Assembly: GCF_004010195.1 (NCBI RefSeq)
Contig: NC_057718.1
Location: forward strand, 11,401,134 to 11,465,133
From: Chiloscyllium plagiosum
Lineage: Eukaryota
Length of the DNA: 64,000 bases
Direction of reading: 5' to 3'
Positions 36,345 to 47,595 of the stretch are shown piece by piece. Positions within the stretch are counted from its first letter, which is position 1. Each line of letters opens with the position of its first letter. A program made the translations under genes and the position numbers. Under the pieces are notes generated by a model that searched no databases, was not told the DNA's origin, and was given only the letters and a program-made list of their open reading frames with translations.

Positions 36345-36865
36345 TTGAAGGTGAAGATGTTCCTGTGTATCTACTGCCCTTGTCCTTCTAGATGGAACTG
36401 GACGTGGGTTTGGATGGTGCTGTCTGAGGAGCCTTGGTGCATGTCTGTAAGTGCATCTTGTAGACGGAACACACTGCTGCTACTGAGTGTCGGTGGTGGA
36501 GGGAGTGAGTGTTTGTGGATGGGGCGAGTATCAAGTGGGCTGCTTTCTCCTGGATGGTGTCAAGCTTCTTGAGTGTTGTTGGAGTTGCACTCATCCAGGA
36601 AAATGGGGAGTATTCGATCACACTCTTGACTTGAGCCTGTGGATGGTTGACAGGCTTCAGGGAGTCAGGAGATGAGTTACTCACCGCAGTATTCCTAGCC
36701 TCTGACCTGTTTTTGTAGCCACTATGTTTATTTGGCGAGTCCAGTTGAGTTTCTGGTCAATGGTATGTCCATTATGTTAACAATGGGTGATTGAGTGATG
36801 GTCTCTTATTGGAGTTGGTTATTGCCTGGCATTTGTATGGTGTAAATGTTACTTAACACTTGATT
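36345..36865 (-). mobile_element. CR1/L2-group LINE ORF2 C-terminal fragment
   Basis: QAQVKSVIEYSPFSWMSATPTTLKKLDTIQEKAAHLI...HSLHHRHSVAAVCSVYKMH, homologous to 52960-53392. Confidence 0.8.
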
Positions 36866-37149
36866 ACCAGTTGTGATCCAAGCTTAAACCCACAATAACA
36901 GTTCAAGTAAGGGGAATAGAATTATAAAACAGAACAGAAGAAACGTGGAACTTTGTAAACTGCATCAAAAGATGTGAAAAGTAAGCAATTCCTCATGAAT
37001 AGAATCATGACAATTACGAAGTAACATGGAACTGAATGAAAAGGTCAAAGCATTGAAAGGATTATTTCAAAATGTACAGAGGTTGATAGTTTGAGGTGAA
37101 TTAAATGAGAAGACGCCAACTTAGAGATAAAACAGCACCCTGCTTGGAG

Positions 37150-37475
37150 AGAGGGGGCTGTAGTAGCAATAACACTGGACTGGCTGACACCCTGGGGCCT
37201 ATGGTTCAATCTCACCATGATGGTGGGATGGAATTTAATTTTAATTCACTTTGAGAACTGACAGAAACTTGGAGTGTAAGGATAGTCTCAGTGACAGTGA
37301 TTGTGAACCTATTATTGACTGAGGGAAGAAACCTGTGACTTTCACCTGGTTTGGCCTACATCGCCACATCAGCGTGCTTGACTCTGAAATGGCCCAGCGG
37401 GCTGCAAGGGTAATCATATGGGATGAATGACAAGTGCCGGCGATGCCAACACCCTGAGAGAAGGATAAAAATAAA
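37150..37475 (+). mobile_element. Diverged tRNA-derived SINE (6510-6850 family)
   Basis: ggttcaatctcacc, ggaatttaatt, acctggtttggcctacat and the family tail. Confidence 0.55.
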
Positions 37476-38564
37476 GATTGTTTCCTTCTTGGTTGTAATG
37501 TTTCTGCAGACCCATGCAGTCATACTACATTCTCCTGAGGTGAATGGAAATTGGAAAGTTGAGGAGCCCGACAGAATGGCGGATTGGAGATTGTGATGAA
37601 AGATACCCAGGAATCAAACAGCAGCCCTGATCCTTGTCCTGGGTAAACTGTGAGTGAACAGGCCCCACTGGGGAGACATGCGGCCTACTCGGAACCCTGG
37701 GTCGAATGGCCATCTTACCGCTTAGATTCATGAAAAGTCCAGTTGGGATCGGATGTTAAAGGAAGTGTCTTTGGGGAATGGGGCACATGTGCAGGCACTA
37801 TTGGGGCATATTAAAGATTGGATCAACACTCATTAAAAAGAGAAGAGGAAGATGAACTGAAATCCGTTGATTTTTAATTTGGTTGGAACTGCTTTGAATG
37901 AGCCTCTGAAGTGACACATGTTGAGGCCATGTTGGAGGAAGTGCAGTGGTTAGGTTTATGGGGGCCATGATCACATTGGCCAAAACCGACCCAGACAATA
38001 GCTCCCCCCCGCCACCATCACCACCTCCACACACCCCCGTCCCACCCAAACTCACCCCCCCCCCCCCCCCCACCCCCACCCCTACCTCACGCTGCTTCTG
38101 ACAAGGATGTCAGTCACCAATGTTCATCAGCTGCTCCGAAATTGGAGTAATGGGCATTAGAGGCGAGGTGTCAGTGGTGAATAAGCCTTTGTAGAGCCAG
38201 CCTTGGCACTCCCACTCAAATACTGGGCAGGAGGGTGAGGAATCCAGAGTGTCAAAACCCCCATCGTTGGGAGGCAGGGGAAAAGGAAAGATCATCGCGA
38301 TCAAAGCATCAGAATTGTGTTACAAGAATTCTTCCCCATCACTTTTCGCAGTAACGGACGTGGACAAATTCCAGATACCATAAAATTAGCAAAGGAATCT
38401 GCAACAGATGTAGAAGTCACTGAAATATTCAGCGTGTAGAAGTTGAAAGGGTTTAAATGCCTGCAGATGTGGGCTAGATTGATTGCAACATGCAATCTTT
38501 AGAAAATAGAGGAGGCCATAGGTATTATTCCAGCTTGGTTTCAAAGATCTCTTGCTCACATTAG

Positions 38565-39270
38565 GAGCTATACAAATGAAGAGCAAGGTTGGGCCATTCA
38601 GGCCCTTGAACATGCTCCAATATTCAGGAAGATCTGAGTGTAATCACAATCCACATTCCCGCCCACCCCCAATGACCTTTCACCCCTTTGCTGAACAAGA
38701 ATCTATCTCTGTCTTCGAAATGTCCCAGGATTCTGCTTCCACCATCTTTTCGTGGAGATAGACCCAAGGACTCACAATCCTCTGCCTCATCTCCATTTTA
38801 AAGGTGGTTGACCCCTGAGTTTGAAGTAGCGATTCCGAGTTGCAGATTCTCCTAAAAAAGGAAAGGCCCTCGTCACGAGTTACCCTGTCAAGACCTTTCT
38901 GCGTTTTATGTTTCAATCAAAGTCAGCTCCCAATCCTCTAAACTCCAGCAACCTTCCCCCTTCTACCTTAAACCTTGTTGCAGTAATGGGCATTAATGTC
39001 CCCTTGACACTTCTACCCTGGGAAAAAGACTCCAACTATCCATTGTATCACTGCCTCTCATAATTTTGTAAACTTCTACCAGGTTGTCCCTCGGTGTCTA
39101 ATGTTCAAGTGAACACAAATCAGGTTTGTCCAATAGCTGATACCTTCCAAACTAGGCAATATTCTGGTAAATCATTCCTGATCCCTCTGGAAAGCCTCCA
39201 CATCCTCCTGGTAGTGTGGTGACCAGAACTGGACACAATATTCCAAATGTGGTCTAACAGTTCTATACAG
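38565..39270 (-). mobile_element. Two adjacent CR1 3' fragments
   Basis: ggccattcaggccctt tail, and gaccagaactggacacaatattccaaatgtggtctaac (reverse complement of VRPHLEYCVQFW). Confidence 0.75.
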
Positions 39271-39272
39271 GC

Positions 39273-39405
39273 CTCATTCCTGATGAGGGGCTCCAGCCTG
39301 AAATGTCGATTTTCCTGCTCATTGGATACTGTCTGACCCGCTGTGCTTTTCCAGCAACACACTCTCAATTCTGATCTCCAGCATCTGCAGACCTCACTGT
39401 CTCCT
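39273..39405 (+). mobile_element. PLE tail with degenerate hammerhead
   Basis: cattcctgatgagggggctccagcctgaaatgtcgat...ctgatctccagcatctgcag. Confidence 0.75.
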
Positions 39406-39406
39406 C

Positions 39407-39676
39407 ATTAGGGAGAGGTGGCTGATGGTGAGTTTAACCTGGGGGTCACCAGGCCTCAGGTGAGGGGAGAGGTTGGGAAGGAGAACCCTTCATGATAAAC
39501 TGAGCTGTTGGAAGAATTGAACCCACGCTGTTAGCATCAGGTCACCAGGCCTCAGGTGAGGGGAGAGGTTGGGAAGGAGAACACTTCATGATAAACTGAG
39601 CTGTTGGAAGAATTGAACCCACGCTGTTAGCGTCACTCTGCGCTGCAAACTGGTCATCCAGCCAACTGAGCTAACC
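39407..39676 (-). mobile_element. tRNA-derived SINE with internal 96-bp tandem duplication
   Basis: Minus-strand head gttagctcagttggctgg...gggttcaattc. Other copies at 40420-40560 (minus) and 54640-54840 (plus). Confidence 0.75.
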
Positions 39677-40879
39677 ACCTCCTCCACCCACCCCCCCCAA
39701 CAGAGTGACACTGAAAGACACAAGGGACCTTCAAAGTGCAGCTGAATTAGATTGTAAAGTGGATCTGCGATGTGTCACGCTGATGCAATGAGGCTAGTAC
39801 GTGTTGAATGCCCAGGTCAGTGGGCCCAGGGAGCATGTGGTCACTGCCCACCAAGTGCCCGCTGAGAAGTTGATGCCAAGTGTCCAAGACAGAGCTCCAG
39901 AGGATTGAGCAGCGAAATGGAGTTACCAGGCTCCCCCCCCCCCCCCCCCCAACCCTGTGCAAATTTCCACGTTGGGAATTCTCAGTGTCTGGTTCCTAGC
40001 CAGTAGTAGGAGAATGGAGTAATAATGAGATATTAATGCAGGCAAATAGGCCTTATGCCACTCACAAGCGAGAATTTCATCTCACCCTTCAACATCTCAG
40101 TTAGAGAATGGGACTTTCATCTCTTAACATTAAGAAGCTCCTCACTGTCCACCTCACAGAATCTCCCCAACTTCCTTGCCACAGCCTCCCTCATTCAGGG
40201 CTTGGGATGATTCTGCCTATTCTCTCAATTCCTTCCTGTTATGGTCAGTTTATTATTTACCCATATTAAAATCTTCACTCTGTTCTATTTTACTACATCT
40301 TCCCAAATTTGATCCACTAAACCCTACTGTTTACTTTAAATTCCTCTCCACTCCCCTAGTTACGTAGTTGGCGAGAACACCAGCCCTAGCATGGTCCAAA
40401 CAGTCCCATTTTACCTCCTGCCAAGTTTAACCTGAGGGTCACCATACCTCAGGCAAGGGGAGAGATTGAGTTCTTCATAGCAACCTCAGCCAGTGTGGGA
40501 ATTGAACCCATTAGGCTCAGGCTACATTACAAATCAGCCTTCCAGCCAACTGAGCTAACCATTTTCGCCAATGCTAATTGTCTTAAATGTAAGTTCTCTT
40601 CTTATTGATATTGTACTGACCCCTCTACCATTGATACCGTTAGTTTCCCTATCAAAACCCTCTGTGAGTTTGGATACCTACATCAACAGGACAGTCCCAC
40701 TTGGTTTTTCACTTCCTGATATTCTGCCCCTGATGGTCTTGGACATTGGTGGGATTGTGAGGGAGTTGACCTGAGAATGACCTTATGAGGTAAAGTATAT
40801 ACAAGGCCGAAGAAGGGGGATTTTTAATCAGTTCGGGAACCTGTAAGGGGAAATGGCAGGAAAATGGAGCTGCGTTCCG

Positions 40880-41236
40880 CTCAATGTTGACTTCACCAGT
40901 TTCCTCACCTCCCCTCCCCCTGCCCTCTTGAACTGTCCTACCTGTACATCTTCTTTCCCACCTATCCTCTCCACCCTCCTCACTGACCTATCGCCATCAC
41001 CCCTCACCTGCAGCTACCTATTGCCTTCCCCAGTACCTCAGCCCACCCCCCCCACCCCCTCATCCCCATCCCCTTTATCTCTCAGCCCCCTTCCCCCCCA
41101 CGCAGTCTAGATGAAGGGCTTATGTCCCGAAATGTCGACTCTCCTGCTCCTCGGATGCTGCCTGACCTGCTGTGCTTTTCCAGCAACACACTTTTCGACT
41201 CTGACTGTCCAGCGGCTGCAGTCCTCACTTTCTCTT
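40880..41236 (+). mobile_element. PLE 3' end (ORF terminus plus tail)
   Basis: LNVDFTSFLTSPPP matches INVDFTRFLISPPP of the 26702-27762 element, and the tail follows. Confidence 0.8.
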
Positions 41237-42417
41237 TGAGGAGTATCAGTCAGTCGTGATCTCATTGAATGGTTGATGTGATGGGCCGAATGGCCTACTT
41301 CTGCTTCCATGTCTTATGATGTGATGATCAAGAAGCGATGAGAAACGGTGGCAGTGAGTAGCAGAGCTAGATGGAGTCTGCACTGCTTCCCATGCACTTT
41401 ACAATAACCGACTGGTCTGTATAATGCTGATGACCATGAACTCTGTAATCGAGAGAGCGCATTTGAAGAGATACTGATCGCATGCAAATTGGACAAATCA
41501 AAGAGATGGAATGTGAAAGGAAGATTGATGTGAAAATTGAAAAGTGGTGGATTTTAGAACCGGAAATACAATGCATGTGTTTGCAATAAAAGGATTAAAG
41601 AAAATGTTTAATTGGGTGCTTATTGAAATCATCCAATGAAAATTTTATATGAATTTACCGCTGAGGAATGGGCCATTTGGTTTATACTGGAAGGGGGTGG
41701 GAGGGTAGTGTCCACCTGACTAACGTTAGAAAAGCTCCATCAGAGCACAGCTCAGCTTTCTCTTTTCTGGATCACACGGTGAGGAGCCAATCAGGAGAGT
41801 CATTCAATGATATCAGCAAGCTCCCCCCTGATTCACTTCAGGGGGTTAGTAAGGCCAAGGCTGCATTTACATGACACCTTCTCAGGGTCATTCTACCAGG
41901 TTCCAGCTGCAGTACGACGATTGCCGCAATGGAGAGCAAAAACTGCAGCCCTTTCATGCACAGAAAGATCCCACAGTCTTTGACTAGAAAAGCCAGCTGA
42001 TTGGCGGTTCATTGTCAGCGGTGGTTGTGAGAACTTCCCGATGGCCCAGGCCACTGGGAGAGTTCCTGCCCAGGCGACCCAGCCTACCTCACAGGTTCCC
42101 AGATGTTTACAGCACAGGATGAGGTCATTTGGCCCATCATATCCACACTGGTCAACAAAGAAGCCATTCCACCCATTCCATTTTCCAGCATTTTAGCCTT
42201 GGAGGATAAGGCTATACACATGAACATCGAAACACTGTTTAAATGTTATAAGTGCTTGTGAGTTAGCAGTGCGTGCAAGGATGGCTGAGTCTCAAACTTG
42301 TGTAACATATAATCCAGACTCCAAACACAGTTCCTCAGATCTCTTCTTAACTCTGTGCCCCCTGGTTGTTGACCCCTCGACCAAGGATAAGATGCCTTCC
42401 AATCTCTTTCCCCCACT

Positions 42418-43300
42418 TAATTCAGTTGAATTCAATTCAGTTCAATTCAATTTATTGTCACGTGTACCGAGGCACAGTGAAAAGCTTTGTCTTGCGAGCA
42501 ATACAGGCAGATCACAGAGTTAAGTAGCGTAGATAGTAAATAATAGGTAAACAGCAGCAAACACAAAAACAACAGGTACAGGCGAATGTTATGAGTTTGT
42601 GAGTCCATTCAGTATTCTAACAACAGTAGGGTAGAAACTGGTTTGAAACCGGCCAGTGCGTGTGTTCAGGCTTCTGTACCTTCTCCCCGATGGTTGAGGT
42701 TGTAGAAAAACATTACCAGGGTAATTAGATTACATTACAGTGTGGAAACAGGCCCTTTGGCCCAACAAGTCCACACCAACTCGCCGAAGCGCAACCCACC
42801 CATACCCCTACATTTACCCCTTACCTAACACTACGGGCAATTTAGCATGGCCAATTCACCTGACCCGCACATCTTTGGCCTGTGGGAGGAAACCGGAGCA
42901 CCCGGAGGAACGGGGAGAATGTGCAAACTCCACACAGTCAGTCGCCTGAGGCTGAAATTGAACCTGGGTCTCTGGCATTGTGAGGCAGCAGTGCTAACCA
43001 CTGTGCCACCGTGCCACCCCAGGGTGGGATGGATCTTTGAGAATACTGGCAGCCTTTCCTTGACAGCGGGCCTGGTGGATGGATTCCACAGAGGGGAGGT
43101 TGACCACTCTCTGTAACCATCTCCGATCTTCAATGGCACAGTTGCCATACCAAGTAGTGATATATCCAGACAGAATACTCTGGATGGCGCACCTATAAAA
43201 GTTGGCAAGGGTATGCGCCACCATGTCAAATTTCCTCAGCTGCCTGAGGAAGAAGAGAAGTTGTTGGGCCTTAGTAACCAGTGCGTCCACATGAAGGGTC
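42418..43300 (-). mobile_element. Rex1/Babar-clade LINE 3' portion
   Basis: KAQQLLFFLRQLRKF...LANFYRCAIQSILSGYITTWYGNC...LQRVV, with a (ttgaa)n-type tail at 42418-42452. Confidence 0.85.
42723..43018 (-). mobile_element. HE1-type SINE inserted in Rex1 with 7-bp TSD
   Basis: ccagggt at 42716-42722 and 43019-43025. Confidence 0.9.
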
Positions 43301-43519
43301 CAAGGTGACCCCCTTCTCAGACCTGAAAATTCTAATTTATTTTACTATCACTTTAAATCCTAATTCCCAAATGATAGCATATTATATATGTTTTTCAAGG
43401 TACTAATCAGGTATATGGAGCTGAAATGCCTCTGAAATGATTTCTTATTGAGGGATAAGGTAGGCTTAAGGGGCTGATTGGCCTCCTGCTGGTAGCTATG
43501 TATAGTTCCAGGGATGGTC

Positions 43520-43910
43520 AACCTAGATTGGAGAGGTTTGGACTCTTGCCATTGTCGAGGGGAAGACTAACAGGAAATGGGAGAGAATTTTTCAAAATCA
43601 TGAAGGGTGCAGACAGAACAGTCAGGGAGAAAGTGTTCCCACCCACCAAGGGACTGAGAGCTAGGTGGAACAGTGCTTTGCAAAAGGAAACAAGTGCAAA
43701 GTGAGACAGACATTTCCACAAAGTGAGCAGTTTAAGACTCGGAATGTGCCACCTGGAAAGTGGTGGGGGTGGCGTGTGGGTGGAAGCAGGTTCAATTGAG
43801 GCATTTAAAAGGACACTGGATGATCATTTAAATGGAAACAATGCGTACCGTTATGGAGTTTGGCACTGAGTCAAAATGTCTCAGAGAACAGGTGAAGACA
43901 CAGTGGGTTG
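43520..43910 (+). mobile_element. Degenerate CR1 3' fragment
   Basis: RLERFGLLPLSRGRLTG...FFKIMKGADR. Confidence 0.6.
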
Positions 43911-44361
43911 TAAAAATAATGTGATTCCATTCGCTTGTTAATCTTTTCAACACCTAAAGGCTAGGGGACAAAGATAATTCCTTCCAAGCCTCTATGTTAC
44001 AGCATTAACATCCTCAGGCTTTAGCTTTAGAATTGGTTTGAAATTATCTGAATTTACCTGAAAATTGTATGAATGAGTGAACCGATAATATTGATCCCAC
44101 AGTGGGTGGCTCTCTTACATCGCACTGGGGTTGTGTGTTGGAAACGGAGCCCTATTATTCCTGGAATCATCACAAAAGTTAAAGATTTTATAAAGTATGC
44201 AAAACTCCTCAATTAACCTGACTTTCAGAGTCCGGTTGATGGAAATCATGGACCAGGCTATTTTGTATCAAAGAAGAATGACTATTTATTACAAGCAATT
44301 AGACTCTCATTACAGGTAAACAACACTCCTAATTACACCTCCCCATTACACACACACAGCC

Positions 44362-44676
44362 AGATAAAGTTAAGTACATTGTGGATAGAAAGGAAATACC
44401 AGGAAGTTAGTTCAGTCATCTTTGTTCCTAGGTTTTGTTGACAGTGATTTATTTCGAACCCCTTTCTCCACTGATGCATCCACTGGTTGGGAAGGAACAC
44501 AGCAGTGCTAACCACTGTGCCACCGTGCCACCCTTAAGATAAAGTTAAGTACATTGTGGATAGAAAGAAAAGACCAGGAAGCTAGTTCAGTCATCTTTGT
44601 TCCTAGGTTTTGTTGACAGTGATTTATTTCGAACCCCTTTCTCCACTGATGCATCCACTGGTTGGGAAGGAACACA
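44362..44676. repeat. 140-bp direct duplication separated by a 35-bp HE1 head fragment
   Basis: 44362-44501 versus 44537-44676, 3 mismatches. Confidence 0.95.
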
Positions 44677-45566
44677 AGGTGGTCAGTTTACTTACAAAGA
44701 GTCTCTGACTCATCAATGAAAAGTCACAAGTTGCAACATATTTTTCAGGAGAGGTAAATTAGTTTTTTTCAGGTTTGCAGTGAATTTTTGACTACAGAGA
44801 ACAAAGAGACTGCTCCTGACCTGGGGAAGATCTGTATTTTTTTTCAGGTGTGGAGTTGAGATTTTTTTTTTTCTCTCTTTTTTTTCTTTTTTTAAATTTT
44901 TTTTTCCCCAGCACCCATGGTGTGTGTATGCCGGTGTGAGACACAGTGAAAGAGGAAGATCTGTATACGTCTCTCTCTCTGTAAATAGCTTGTTACCAGT
45001 TCAAAGCTGTTCAATTGTCTAAGAACCAATCACATTGTGGTTGGCAAGCAAAAAAAGGGTCTCTGTCATTGATATCTGGTCACTAGCCCGTAGACCAATC
45101 AAATTCTTGTTGCCATCAGAAGCTGCATCTGTCCGTCTTCTCATCTGCAAATCTTCTACAACTCAAACTACAGTTTCCAAGAAGCTTGCAATCAGTATCA
45201 GGTTACTTAATTTCAAAACATACTGCCCCCTTTTCAAAGACTGGTTCTTTCTCATTTCAGTCCACAGTTTAAAAAAGAAACAAAACAAGAAGAAACAGTT
45301 CTTACAGCACCCACTGCTGTTAACATGGCTCTTACAGTAAATAGGTCGGCAAACTTCACCAATAATATCCATTCCACCATGGCAGCGAATTGTTGGCTAT
45401 CCATTAAGATCGATATACCTAACAGTTATCAACACATGGTCCAACCCTGCAAGGTTATTCCCTGGTATTGAGGAGCAAGTTCAGACCAATAATTCATATC
45501 TTTTAACCTGGATAGTCGTTTAGACAAGCTCAGAGTTACAGGGACGTTGTTATAGTTTAGTGCCTT

Positions 45567-46175
45567 TGTTATAGACTAAGCCAGACCACCCAAAACATTC
45601 TTAAACAGGCAGCCCAGACCATAACTTTGCAATTTGTTTTGGCAAGTATGCAGTGAAACTTACCCAGATTAAGTTAGCTATGTTGGCTACCAAGTTTTAA
45701 AATTGACAAAAATTTGTTCACAAAATTACACAATGAAACACCAAGAACGGAATGAAGAACCCCTACAGAACCCAGCCGATCCAAACTAGACTGAATTATG
45801 CTGTTCCAAATATGCACAACAGTCCCAATAAGCAAACCCCTTAAAACACAGTAAAAATTAAACAAAATCTTCCAGGTGGAGGTTCGAAGGGCAGAAGGAG
45901 AGAGAGCTGAGTAGCCTGTTTCCACACAGCTCCACTGCTGAACCCCTAATAAAGATCTAGACAGGTTATTTCGAAAAACATAAAAGCTTTGGCCAAAAGT
46001 CTCATCTGTTTACGTATAAACAAAAAGGCCTCTCAATAAATACCCTTTTATCTCTGTACCAAACCCAGCCGTTTCGGAGCCCGGAATGTTTTATGACCCC
46101 TCTGAACAAAATCAAGGACACAGTATCCTTGAGAAAAGCAACAGCTTTCAGGAAAAAAGGACCAGCTTTGTGACA
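45567..46175. mobile_element. Putative solo LTR (609 bp)
   Basis: Begins TGTTA and ends TGACA (TG...CA, short inverted termini). Flanks cctt/actt match at 3 of 4 positions. Related to 11676-12198. Confidence 0.55.
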
Positions 46176-46307
46176 ACTTTCTTGATTATTTTTTGCAAAT
46201 TGCTGGACAAGGATGAGGTCCACGTATCTGACCTTGTACAGAATGGGTTATGTCTTCACTACAATTGGCTCCTGGGCCTTTGCTACAGAAAGTATACAGT
46301 CAAAGGG

Positions 46308-46682
46308 ATCTACAGCACAGAAAATTGAGTCTGCATTGGTGAAAAACAACTACCTCACTATTCTAATCCCGCTTTCCTGCACTTAGCCCATAGCCTTCTA
46401 TGCCTTAGCATCACAAGAGCATATCTAAACCATGTGGTGAGTGTTTCTGCATTGACCATCGTGACAGGCAGAGAGTTCCAGATTCCATCAAACATCTTTC
46501 TTCCCATCTCCTCTAAAACTTCTGCCCTTCTGCCGAAACCATAAATCTCTGACCCTAGTTATTGATCCCTGCACCAAAGGGATAAGTTTCTTCCTGTCTA
46601 CCCCATCTATGGCCCTCATTATTTGAGACATTTCAATCATGCCCCCTCTGAATCTCCACTGCTTTAAGAAAAACAACTCCAG
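46308..46682 (-). mobile_element. CR1 3' fragment
   Basis: LELFFLKQWRFRGGMIEMSQIMRAIDGVDRKKLIPL...SITR. Confidence 0.75.
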
Positions 46683-47150
46683 TCTTTTCTTTGTTTTTAG
46701 GTATATATTTATTGGAAAATTTTTTCGCTCTTTTACAAAAAAGCCCAAAAAAGTTATAAAGGTACAAAAGTGCAGAGAAGTAGAAATAATATCGTACTAC
46801 TTTATTACAGTAACGTTGACAATAAACTACTTACTACAGCCCTCTCATATTTATTTAACTTAAACCAAATTTGCATAAACTCAAATTAAATAAAGTAACA
46901 TTGAATTAAGTTACAATCCACTGAAATTAAATTACTCCATATTTTCTATATTACATTACTCCACTCCGGCACCTCCATCAAGACTCCCGTCCACGGGAGT
47001 AACTGTTATTATACCCATATTTACTAGGCCTCTTCCCCCTGCCCCCATGAGGGTCCCCGGACTGCCCTTTACGGCCCTCGTGGCTATATCTAGGCCCTAA
47101 TCAGTACCGCCGATAAGTTCATATCTATGTGATTTAGAATGGGCCACCAT

Positions 47151-47595
47151 GCTACAGGGAGATGCTGAACAGGCTGGGACTGTTTACCCTGGAGCGTCAG
47201 AGGCTGAGGGGTGACCTTATAGAGGTTTACAAAATTATGAGGGACATGGATAGGATAAATAGGCAAAGTCTTTTCCCTGGGGTCAGGGAGTCCAGAACTA
47301 GAGGGCATAGGTTTAGGGTGAGAGGGGAAAGATATAAAAGAGACCTAAGGGGCAACTTTTTCACGCAGAGGGTGGTGCGGGTATGGAATGAGCTGCCAGA
47401 GGAAGTGGTGAAGGCTGGTACAATTGCAAGATTTAAGAGGCATTTGGATGGGTATATGAATAGGAAGGGTTTGGAGGGATATGGGCTGGGTGCTGGCAGG
47501 TGGGACTAGATTGGGTTGGGTTATCTGGTCGGCATGGACGGGTTGGACCGAAGGGTCTGTTTCCATGTTGTACATCTCTATGACGCTATGACTAT
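47151..47595 (+). mobile_element. HER1-like CR1 3' fragment inserted in L1 ORF2
   Basis: Intact frame RLGLFTLERQRLRGDLIEVYKIMR...WNELPEEVV. Removing it restores L1 FYKTWWP. Confidence 0.92.

Noticed and set aside
37490..37590. Possible exon after tttctgcag, and similarly after ttttttcag at 53619 and gtcttcag at 59627
   Set aside because: Acceptor-like sites only. The peptides are unrecognisable and no consistent multi-exon frame was found.
38004..38082. G-quadruplex/i-motif-prone C and G runs (also 9766-9785, 10281-10309, 24882-24940, 39933-39950)
   Set aside because: Simple homopolymer expansions, partly inside decayed repeats and prone to sequencing error. Nothing supports function.
47162..47509. 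Intact 115-126 aa ORFs (also 51902-52282, 21324-21932) as host genes
   Set aside because: They are CR1/HER1 ORF2 C-termini of 5'-truncated retrotransposon copies.
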